A DNA stretch of 33,779 nucleotides from Nemertoderma westbladi (lineage: Eukaryota; Animalia; Xenacoelomorpha), in NCBI GenBank assembly GCA_032718475.1, contig JAUCBJ010007425.1, positions 1 to 33,779 of the forward strand. Reading direction: 5' to 3'. The translations under genes were made by a program, and so were the position numbers. Each line of letters starts with the position of its first letter. The stretch's first letter is position 1. The notes under the pieces were generated by a model, which was given only the letters and a program-made list of their open reading frames with translations, did not search any database and was not told the origin of the DNA. This document shows, one piece after another, positions 1 to 9,355 of the stretch.

Positions 1-40
1 CAACTATATCGCTACGCAGTATCTAAACGCCTGGCTACCA

Positions 41-2959
41 TTGGTTGGTGAGCGTGAGTTGGAGGTTGCGTGCCAACGTCTGGAATACAAGTTTTCTTTT
101 GAGATGGGACGGGAAGTTATGAGTCGCTATTTAGATACAGCAAATGGACGAGTTGCGTCCAACCAACGATTCCGTGATTTGGACCCCTCCCACCCTCAAT
201 CTACGAATCCATTTCCCATTCTGCAGGCACCAGTAAATAACCTTTCTAAAATACTCCTCAACCAGGACCAAAGAGACTTGCTCGGATTGGGGTTCACCTT
301 CATTCCATACCATGGTACAGCGCCCTCTGATGTTCTAGAGGCTAAGATTGACGTAGCCTCAGCAGCAACGAAAATTAGAACTAGATTTCGAAAATTGGTT
401 AATCCACCTATGGATGAACAATCAGAAACGCCCCCTCAAACATCTGGCCAACTGCATCGTGCCACCGAAGTCCCTGTAGCATCAAACACTTCTGCTACTC
501 CCAAGGTTAGTACTGCCACGCAACTATCTCATACTCGTTCGCAACCAACAACGGCCCGCAAAAAACTATTCCCAGCCGCGAATACAGATGCTTATGAACC
601 AACACCCCTTGTTGAGGTAATACAGGAGCTGAACAGAGCGAATCCACAGCCGGCTCCACGGACCCGACCCCGGGTAGACTGCAGTTTGCACCCAGATTTT
701 CCTTTGCAACTTGACCGCCGAGCTGGAGTTCTCATTCCTGACACACCTTCTTCGCGCACCCGTTCGAGAACAGCACAGGATTCAGTTAACTACAATCTGC
801 GAGGTAAGAGTAATTCTAGACTTAACGCCATCCCGCAGTCACCCCCTATTGCTGTTAAACCTCCTGATCCCCCTCACTTTAGCCATCCCCGTTGGGTAGC
901 GTCATCTGTAGACAGCGTTTCTGTTGAGAATATTATTTCTGGCTTGCACAGAGCAGTGCGAAGGGTCAATGTAGATAAACTTAATGAGGATGTACGCCCT
1001 AATATCACCCCAGCACAGCAGTTGGCTCTCAAACAACTCCGAAATAACAAGAATTTAGCATTCCTTAAAGGTGACAAAACTGGTAATATTATTTTATTGG
1101 ATAAATCTGCTAAGGAATATGAGATCCTTCGAATTTTGGGTGATAAGAAAACATATGAGAAACTACGCAAAGACCCTACTGCGCGATTTCGTGTTGAATG
1201 CCGATCGTTATTAGATTCCCTTGCTATTGGGAACCAACGGCTTCGCCATCACCTCTTCCCTAATACCTTCACTACCGGCCATATCTTTATAACTCTTAAA
1301 GACCATAAACCACGTGACGAATGGGTAACCCACCCTAATGGTGCCATAATCCCAAAAGGTAGACCTATTATATCTAATACGGACGCATTTTTTAAACCCT
1401 TATCCAAAATGATGCACTACTACCTGCACCCTTTAGTTACTACTGCCGATAACTATCTAAAAAGCTCTTTGGATCTCAAACAAACCATGCCTACAACAAC
1501 TAATAATTCCCATTTTACTTTAGTTACTATTGATGTAATCGACATGTTTACCGCCATCCCTCATGAATTGGGTATTGAGGCTACCATGCATGCACTTTCG
1601 GAGGATCCTACGTTACCTGAACGTTCTATTTTTACACCAACTCAACTCGCAGCAATTTTACGGTTTCTTTTATACCACAACTTTTTCTGTTACCAGAATA
1701 TGTACTACCTGCAAATCGCAGGAGCACCTATGGGCGGTCACCACAGTAGTGATTATTCTATAATCAGTTCGTACAAAGTACTCAAGAGGGCGTTAACTAT
1801 TTCGCTACGGACTCCTTCATTCTTTCGTACTCTGGTGGATGATAGTTTCGCAATTTACGATGAGCGACTAACTGATCAGCATTTCGAGTTCATGAAGACC
1901 GCATTCAATTCAGCGTGCAGGAATTTATATAATAGTGATGCCATCCAATTTACAATGGAGTACTCCCATGCTAGTGTCGACTACCTCGATCTAACGATAG
2001 CTGCTAATGCCTACACCCTTAGAACTCGTTTATTTAGAAAACCAATGGCTAATAAACTACCTATTATGTACTCTAGTTTCCACCATAAACCTACGTTACG
2101 GGCAGTGGTGAAATCGGAAATTTTGCGTATTCGCCGTTTAACTGACTCAAACCATTTGTTCACATGTTATAAACACCAGTACCTCGAGTTGTGTGAGAAT
2201 CGAGGCTATCCGCTGGATTTCCTCCTCTCCCTCCATGCATCAAACCCAACACCTCTTGGTCCAGTGCCGATCACGCAGCAGCCGTCTTTACCAACAGAGG
2301 GGGATGGTCCATCAGCACCCCAAAATTTGAATAAGACTACATCGAATGGGCCAAAATACACCTCTATATATCTCCCTACGACCCCACAGTTCCTGCCTGT
2401 CCTAGCGCCCGTTATCCGCAAATATAATGCTGACTTGCGTTCGCTAGGTATTAGTGTCCAAACGGTCCCGCGTAACCTCCCATCGTTAGGTAAACTGTTG
2501 ATCACCAAGTCCGAGCCAACTCTGCCTCTTGGTAATCACTCTTGCAATGGGCCTCGTTGCAAATGCTGCTCGGCCGTTCTAGACCAGCGCCGGACACCAT
2601 GGGGTGACCCCATCCATGGGAGATTTAACTGCAAATCATTTAATGTGATATATTTCATCAAATGTAAACTGCATCCACACTTGTGGTATCTCGGCCAGAC
2701 AGAACAGCGTTTGCATGAGCGCCTCCGAGGTCACCGTAGTGCCATAAATGACGCAGCTGGCAAGGGGCTAGGAGTCGATTTATCGAGTCCTGAAGTCTTG
2801 CTACTGCAACACTTTGTTATTTGTGGGATCGGTGCGCTCAATATTACATGTTCTAAAAGGTTTACTAACCACGAGCGTAGGATTCATTCTGAAGCGGTTC
2901 TAATTAACTTGCATCGCCCCCCACTTAACACTGTATTTCCCCGTATTGGTCTGTACTAA
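41..2959 (+). CDS. Penelope-like reverse transcriptase / GIY-YIG endonuclease polyprotein (5'-partial)
   Basis: Motifs KGDKTGNIILLDK, KDHK, GRPIIS, TIDVIDMFTAIP, YLQIAGAPMG, LVDD, DYLDL, Cys linker CNGPRCKCC, VIYFIKC..WYLGQT..RLRGH and terminal PPLN. The frame is open back to position 2, so the true start is upstream of the window. Confidence 0.93.
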   Translation: MVGERELEVACQRLEYKFSFEMGREVMSRYLDTANGRVASNQRFRDLDPSHPQSTNPFPILQAPVNNLSKILLNQDQRDLLGLGFTFIPYHGTAPSDVLEAKIDVASAATKIRTRFRKLVNPPMDEQSETPPQTSGQLHRATEVPVASNTSATPKVSTATQLSHTRSQPTTARKKLFPAANTDAYEPTPLVEVIQELNRANPQPAPRTRPRVDCSLHPDFPLQLDRRAGVLIPDTPSSRTRSRTAQDSVNYNLRGKSNSRLNAIPQSPPIAVKPPDPPHFSHPRWVASSVDSVSVENIISGLHRAVRRVNVDKLNEDVRPNITPAQQLALKQLRNNKNLAFLKGDKTGNIILLDKSAKEYEILRILGDKKTYEKLRKDPTARFRVECRSLLDSLAIGNQRLRHHLFPNTFTTGHIFITLKDHKPRDEWVTHPNGAIIPKGRPIISNTDAFFKPLSKMMHYYLHPLVTTADNYLKSSLDLKQTMPTTTNNSHFTLVTIDVIDMFTAIPHELGIEATMHALSEDPTLPERSIFTPTQLAAILRFLLYHNFFCYQNMYYLQIAGAPMGGHHSSDYSIISSYKVLKRALTISLRTPSFFRTLVDDSFAIYDERLTDQHFEFMKTAFNSACRNLYNSDAIQFTMEYSHASVDYLDLTIAANAYTLRTRLFRKPMANKLPIMYSSFHHKPTLRAVVKSEILRIRRLTDSNHLFTCYKHQYLELCENRGYPLDFLLSLHASNPTPLGPVPITQQPSLPTEGDGPSAPQNLNKTTSNGPKYTSIYLPTTPQFLPVLAPVIRKYNADLRSLGISVQTVPRNLPSLGKLLITKSEPTLPLGNHSCNGPRCKCCSAVLDQRRTPWGDPIHGRFNCKSFNVIYFIKCKLHPHLWYLGQTEQRLHERLRGHRSAINDAAGKGLGVDLSSPEVLLLQHFVICGIGALNITCSKRFTNHERRIHSEAVLINLHRPPLNTVFPRIGLY

Positions 2960-3639
2960 AACATGTGAACTTTGTTTTGTATATTCTACTTAGGATTTTG
3001 TATTAATCAGTTTGGTTTTATTTTATATCTTATTGTTTTGCTAACTATGTGGCTCGCCCCACATGCCCGCCTTAATGATAATTTCACCTCCAGTCATACA
3101 GCTGCTATTTGCTTTTTGAATAGCTGGCCCCTCTGGATATTTACCCTATGGCGTAGTTAGTATTACTCAATTCTGTTAGTTTTATTTAATTAATTTTAAA
3201 GATTTTATTACTGCTTTTATTTCTGAGGTTTTTTTATATGTTTTTATACACATGTCATTCGTATACACTATATCACTGTTGTTTTATTATTTTATCAGCC
3301 TTTATTTGTTTTTATAGATATTCTACTTAATAGCAGGATAGGGTACACCATTGGTTTAGTTTTTATTTACTATTAAATTTTTTAAAAGTTTTTCACATTT
3401 TAATACCTTTATTTTAAATTTTGATTTGAGTTAGTTTTGGTGTATTATGAATTTCCGATATAATTTCAAACAATGCTCAACTTCTTCTACCGGTCTGCCA
3501 CTTTACACAGCTAATATCTTTATTAAAATAGTCATAACTACTATACAGTACCATAACGGTATCGGTTTTGTATATATCTTTGTAGGTTTTGAATTGGTTG
3601 TTTTAGTTAAATTATATTAATATTGTGTTTAAAATAATA

Positions 3640-3682
3640 TACCACTGAAGACGCGCGGGAAGCGTGAAATAGCTATATGGTA
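3640..3682 (+). ncRNA. Minimal type I hammerhead ribozyme
   Basis: TACCA-CTGAAGA-C-GCGC(GGGAA)GCGT-GAAA-TAGCTA-TA-TGGTA. Stem I is TACCA/TGGTA, the core is CUGANGA...GAAA, stem III is the palindrome ATAGCTAT, and cleavage is predicted after A3677. Confidence 0.85.
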
Positions 3683-4924
3683 AACTAACAATATTTTATA
3701 TTAGCCGTGGCTCAAGACCCTTACTCGTCATTAATATTTATAATTTGAGTATGCTTACGCCACGAAAGGCATCGTTCCATTACATTAACTCGCTTGACTT
3801 TAACAGTGGATAACTCTTATACATTTCACACAATGATATAATTAAATTATTGAATAAATTACAACGCTTTCTGTAATTTTTAGCCGAACTGCTCTCTCTA
3901 CGATTCTCTACCCGGCTGCACGCGAGAATGGAACCCGGTATGCGGCACAGACGGGCAGACATACGGCACTCTGTGCGTTCTTTGCCAACACAGGAGAACA
4001 AATCTCGTGAATATTTCTCATAAGGGATCCTGTTGAGGGAATACAAGCTGAATGGAAGAGTGGAGCTTTTTGAAACTATAAACAAATACATTGATTAACT
4101 CAAATGTACACCTGTGTAGGCCTAGTTACTCGTTAGACAATAAAAGTAACATTATAATATATACGAAATACACCTATGCTCCACATATTGTAATTAGTTA
4201 TTAGATAAAGTAACTTAAAGTAACTGTTATTCTTTAAATAAAAAAATAAAATTCAACAACTGCTCAAGTATTTCAAAATGGAGGTGGGGTCATTAGTAGC
4301 GACAGGGAAAAACACCCGAAGACCTTGGTATTATCTTTCGTCTCTGTATATGATGGAAAAACATGCAAAATACGAGCTCCCATATATCTCAGCTATTTCT
4401 TAAAAGTGTATCAAATGCATAATATATATAAACCCATCAAGCAGTTCAGTAATAAAAAGATCTGAATATTTACTAGAAAGCAATGCTGAAAATAAAAAAA
4501 ACCTAAAAAGCACTATATAGAAAGCGAGAAGGCAATGAATTTTCCTTTAGTTTTTGTCTTTAATTTTTAAATTGTTATTATGAGAAATAATAGGCACATC
4601 AATTTGATTGTGAAACGATTAAATTTAATTCGCTAAAAAGAAAAGAGACAAACTGCCTCAATATTACAATGGATCAGAGTCAACAATTTGTGTGGGATAT
4701 GACATAATTGATAAAATATACCAAATATGGTTGATTAATTAGTATTAAAATAGTCTATACAATGACAATCGAATGGTTTTGTTTGCTACAACTTGGTTTG
4801 GTTACATTTACACTAAAGTATTGCAAACACATTGCTTAATATTTTCGAGTCGACGTTACTGTATAAGCTGAGATAATAATACTGATAATATCCATCGCAA
4901 CCAGTAAACAACACTTTGGTAGAT

Positions 4925-7429
4925 TTAACTTTTCAGAATGGGAAACAATTCAGTCAGAACATCCTGAAACTCGGCGTTAGTTACTGCTTTGTAATCGGGA
5001 GCCAAATCAAAACGACATGTGGGACAACGGCGGTCGCCGCTATCGAAAGCACGTCGAAGGCATCCCACACACACATTGTGTAAACAGGGTAGGGTGGCTG
5101 GCTTCCTGGGTATATCCTGACAACAGACACAGATAAAGGCATCCTGAACACGTTGTAGGAAATGCTGGTGGTTCTCATTGGACGTCGCAAGGCATCTCCA
5201 CATCTTCTTATTAACCGAATCCAATTCAATAAGATCTTTTATAGCTGGGGGTAAATTATAAACTCGGACTTTAGGTTTCTTCGTTGTGTTCGATATAACA
5301 TCCTCATCTCGTTTGCGTTTCGAATTGGTTGGTGTTTCATTTTTATTCTCCTTTCCCTCAGGGTACTGAAGTTGGAGCCCCAACTCTTCGATCCTTTTTT
5401 TACCGAGTTGTGTCCACGGTGCCGGGACTTCGTCATCTCTTCGAAAGAAATAACGCCAAATAATGAACCCCGACGGTCCTTTTTCTGGCCAATATCGAAC
5501 TAGCTTGTAGATTCCATCATAACGAACTCCTAATGCGGGAGCAAACTTCGAGTGCTTGTTCTTTGCAGACCGGACAACTCGGACTGGCTTTCCGGCACGC
5601 CAGTTCTCTGCTTTTGCGCCCCTCTCATTTTTTGGCGCATTGCAAACTAAAGCTAGTGCGAGATTACTCGCAGTAAGCAACTGATCCTTACTCTGCACAT
5701 TGGTGCGTTTATTGCCACTGAGGTCCCTCCCTCCAGACCCACTATAGTAGAACTCTTCTCCATCATCTCTGTCCCCTTCATAACCTCCGCTAAGAACAAT
5801 AGAAAAAGCACCTACACTCTGTTTGCCATGTATTCCTGATACTGGAGGTCTGTGCACTCCAGCCTCTGAGCACTGCAGACGGTACATCCAGCTGGAGCCC
5901 ACCTCAACTCCTGGTATTGGTCCAAAGTGGTTTGTATTTACTATAGTACACACCTTGGTGCGTCCAGAGCACGCCATCCCAGAGCCCCAGTCCCGTTGCC
6001 CTTTACTCGTGGCTGATGGCATCTTACTCTTCTTCAGACTCTTTGGTAATGCCTTTCCGGCATTAACCACAGCATCAACATCATGCTTGCATTCATCGCA
6101 ATAATAGTCCCCTTCTGGGACACACTGAAGTGGGGGATTCAAACAGTAGATGTGGATTGCTGCATCGCATTCATCACACATAATCGTCTCTTTGAGGTGT
6201 TCTTTAATTCCGCACACCTTACAACTGCAACTGGTGCATCTACTCAAACGCTGGTCCAAACAATCCTCACACTCGGGTTTATTGTAACGAAAGTCCATCC
6301 CCTCATCATACTCACCCAATAACGGGTCCATTGGGTCTTCCAATCGGTATACCTCATCCATGAACTCAATATGAGCCCCTGAAACTGGTTCCAATATGGC
6401 CCCCCTGAGGATTTCCCCAGTCAGGTTGCGTTTCTTTCTAGAACCAATCGATTTCTTGGATACCACTAATGTGTACCAATAGCCCCTTTCCTTGGCATCC
6501 CCTGGATTGTAATTAACCATAATCTTGTCACCTTCTGCGACATTGCCGAAGTCAACCAATCGACAACACCTCGGAATGATGTCACACAATCCAAGTGTCT
6601 CATCTTGCAGTTCCTCATCTGCTGCAGTGTATTTAACTTTATAATTATATAGGTGTTCAGAAGAAGCTGCGATCCCATCAATGGATGTAATACCAGTGAC
6701 TCCATTAACAGGTTCAATCTTGGTGAATCCATTAATGGGATCAATCTCAGTAACTCCATTAATGTGTTCAACCTCGGCGACCTCATTATCCATGCCACAA
6801 TTAACAGATTCACTCTCAGCAGCTCTATTCATTTGTTTAACCTCAGTGGACCCAATATCAGGGTCAATACCATCGACTCCATCAATGGGTTGAATATCAG
6901 TAACACTGGTTTCTCCATTAGGCACAATTGATGCAATCTCTCTCATCCCATTACAGGGACTGGGAACAGAAGAAATATTATGGACCCCCACAGGAACTGC
7001 TGGAATCTCGTTGACCCCATTAACAGGTATAATCTCAGTTATTTCAGCAAGGTACCAACAACCAAGATCTTTGAGACGAGCATCCACCGATTGTCCCACT
7101 TTAAATAGCGCGCCTGGGAATTTATCATCAGCTCCTTCGTGGGGGAGGTTATCGGTGGGGTTTACAACTTCTGGCTCTTCAACTGTTTCTGACTCATCTT
7201 GGACAACAATTGGTCGGACCATCAACAGAACGACATTGTTGAACTGAACATCATAGTCAAATAGCGTGTGGTTATCTTCCAGCTGTTTACCGGCAAATAA
7301 AAGTCTCTGGCGCTCACAAGGAACATTCAATTCCTTAGATATTCGTTTTCTAAGATCATTTATCTTTGTTAACTTCGATAAATCATCAATAGCAACTTCC
7401 TTTGAGTCTTTTCTTATTCGGATCCTCAT
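4925..7429 (-). CDS. UHRF1: E3 ubiquitin ligase UHRF1-family protein (UBL, tandem Tudor, PHD, SRA/YDG, RING), intronless
   Basis: UBL QRLLFAGKQLED; TTD VDAR..GCWY and MVNYNP..KERGYWY; PHD CDECD..HIYCLNPPL; linker RDWGSGMACSGRTK; SRA HFGPIPGVEVG, SIVLSGGYE, GSGGRDLSGNKRT, RYDGIYK; RING CVCC..PCLHNVC..C..CPTCR. The 834-codon ORF is uninterrupted. Confidence 0.96.
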   Translation of the reverse strand: MRIRIRKDSKEVAIDDLSKLTKINDLRKRISKELNVPCERQRLLFAGKQLEDNHTLFDYDVQFNNVVLLMVRPIVVQDESETVEEPEVVNPTDNLPHEGADDKFPGALFKVGQSVDARLKDLGCWYLAEITEIIPVNGVNEIPAVPVGVHNISSVPSPCNGMREIASIVPNGETSVTDIQPIDGVDGIDPDIGSTEVKQMNRAAESESVNCGMDNEVAEVEHINGVTEIDPINGFTKIEPVNGVTGITSIDGIAASSEHLYNYKVKYTAADEELQDETLGLCDIIPRCCRLVDFGNVAEGDKIMVNYNPGDAKERGYWYTLVVSKKSIGSRKKRNLTGEILRGAILEPVSGAHIEFMDEVYRLEDPMDPLLGEYDEGMDFRYNKPECEDCLDQRLSRCTSCSCKVCGIKEHLKETIMCDECDAAIHIYCLNPPLQCVPEGDYYCDECKHDVDAVVNAGKALPKSLKKSKMPSATSKGQRDWGSGMACSGRTKVCTIVNTNHFGPIPGVEVGSSWMYRLQCSEAGVHRPPVSGIHGKQSVGAFSIVLSGGYEGDRDDGEEFYYSGSGGRDLSGNKRTNVQSKDQLLTASNLALALVCNAPKNERGAKAENWRAGKPVRVVRSAKNKHSKFAPALGVRYDGIYKLVRYWPEKGPSGFIIWRYFFRRDDEVPAPWTQLGKKRIEELGLQLQYPEGKENKNETPTNSKRKRDEDVISNTTKKPKVRVYNLPPAIKDLIELDSVNKKMWRCLATSNENHQHFLQRVQDAFICVCCQDIPRKPATLPCLHNVCVGCLRRAFDSGDRRCPTCRFDLAPDYKAVTNAEFQDVLTELFPILKS

Positions 7430-8039
7430 TCTTCAGTAGGAATACTGGAATACCGGTCCGGTAACTGGTCTCGGAAATTATTTTCCAATTATTTTCCACT
7501 TGCATTCAGGACCTACCACTGCTGCACTGTACCAGTCCTCAGTCCACAGTGCGTATGCGTAAGTAGTCCTACAGAAGTATGTACAGATGTACGGGGTACT
7601 ACCATTATGTACTACTAGGGTGGTCTAAACTTATATGTTCAGATATTGTAATATTGTACCTATAGGCCTATGTCAGTATGTAGATGTAGGCAGTAGGCCT
7701 ACAGGTAGGCCCTATATCAGTATATGGGTGATAATGAATAAATACAGAAATAAACATTTGCGATCCGAAAAAAACCTTTTTCGAATTTCAACTGGATTCG
7801 CACATCAAATGTCATCAAAAAATGGGTCTAAACTTTGGTAGATAAGATAGGGGTACCAAATTTTTTGATAATTATTGATATCAGGAACTAGCAGACTAAA
7901 GTGCCACAGGCTGACAGGCACATGGAAAAATGCGCTTGGCTGCTTGGCGCAAGCCGCAAGTGAGTCATATCAGCATATTCTACGGTGGCTGATTGCGGCC
8001 ATACTTATTTCTCTCTTTTCAGGCACCCTGGCAGCTGGC

Positions 8040-8325
8040 ACCTCTGGCATCTGGAAAAATATTAACTGATTAAGTCAAGTATTGTGTATTGTATTCAGGT
8101 ACCGCGTACCGGTATTACAATTACATTACCGTACAGCCGTATGTAGGCGTATGCCCCCTATTGATAGGCGCACTTCTGGAAAATATTACCTCAATTAAGT
8201 CACATCTGGAAAAATAGTATGGTAAGTCAATTAAGTTAGGCCTACCTCAGGAAAAATATTACCGGTAGGCCTAAGTCTGTAAGTCGATTAAATAACCTCT
8301 GGAAAAATATAAGTCAGTTAACATA
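8040..8325. repeat. Degenerate ~30-bp minisatellite (CTGGAAAAATATAAGTCAATTAA-like) upstream of UHRF1
   Basis: About five copies of ctggaaaa(a)ta...taagtc, several interrupted by TA-flanked micro-insertions. Confidence 0.7.
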
Positions 8326-8871
8326 ACAGGTTACAGCTTACAGGGCTAAACTGTTAAAGCAAGGCTGCAAGGTACCGTAGGCTAAGTCCAAACTGTCATT
8401 TACAGTAGGCCAGTAGGCTAATTTTTGTTATGGTACTTTAGAATAATTTGAAATTGCTAATAGCTGTATACAGGTATAGTACTCTGGTACTGTAGTATAG
8501 TATAGGCTTATGGCTTACCGGTAGCAGGAAAGATGGGAGATCTACTGATCTAACCTTTGAGTTTCATACAGTACCGGTACAGCAGTAGGCCTAGTGTGAT
8601 ACAGTACTGCAGTACTACTGAGTAGTAATATAAATAAGGCAGTGATTTTTCATGTCCCTTTATTTGACTTTTTTTGTCCTCCTTTTTTTACGAATTGTGC
8701 ATAATGACATTTGTTGTCCTTTTAATGACTTTTGTTGTCCTTTTAATGACTTTTTATGTACATGTATTTCTTCAAACTGTCAGACTACTGATTTCTAGAC
8801 TGTCAGACAGTTCATTTCAACATGCCTATGCCAAAACATTCAAAATTTGTTGATTTCTGGTCTGTCGGACA

Positions 8872-8899
8872 GTTTAATGTTTAATGTTTAATGTTTTAA
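8872..8899 (-). repeat. LINE 3' tandem-repeat tail (CATTAAA)n
   Basis: gtttaatgtttaatgtttaatgttttaa on the plus strand, about 460 bp downstream of the RT stop codon. Confidence 0.7.
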
Positions 8900-9159
8900 C
8901 GTAATTTCGACACAGAGAAGCATGCACAAATACATAATAATAATAATAGAAAACCTAGTTATTGTATCATATAATTGAGTATGAAACGTAAGTGTGCAGT
9001 GAAACTCTGTGAAGATGGCAGCTGATCGGGTAGACCCATTATTACAACCACCAAGTTCACATAGTTTAACATTTACATACGATTATATAGAGCTAAGGAT
9101 AGAAAATGCATATTAATTTACAGATACAAAGCTACATACAGACATACATAGTAACAAGA

Positions 9160-9215
9160 CATTAGCATATATAGTAACATACATTAGCATATATAGTAAC
9201 ATACATTAGCATACA
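9160..9215. repeat. 22-bp tandem repeat in LINE 3' UTR
   Basis: acattagcatatatagtaacat, about 2.5 copies. Confidence 0.8.
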
Positions 9216-9355
9216 TATAAATCCTACAGTAGGCCTAGTAAAGAAATTTAAAAACTACTGTATGGCACACATACTGTACATTAGAAATAGAAAATATAAA
9301 AACTGGATATGAGGATTTTAATTCGGCCAAATTAATTTTAATTTTAATTCGGCCC

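Larger units (their letters stand above)
1..3790 (+). mobile_element. Penelope-like retroelement (C-terminal GIY-YIG, Neptune-like architecture), 5' end outside window
   Basis: RT+GIY-YIG ORF, then a T-rich 3' region and a hammerhead motif at 3640-3682. The right boundary is approximate. Confidence 0.85.

Noticed and set aside
3780-4091. 103-aa minus-strand ORF between Penelope and UHRF1
   Set aside because: No recognisable motif; consistent with chance.
7750-8100. Possible MITE fragment or plus-strand exon (pyrimidine tract ending in CAG near 8022)
   Set aside because: No terminal repeats, TSD or coding support could be established.
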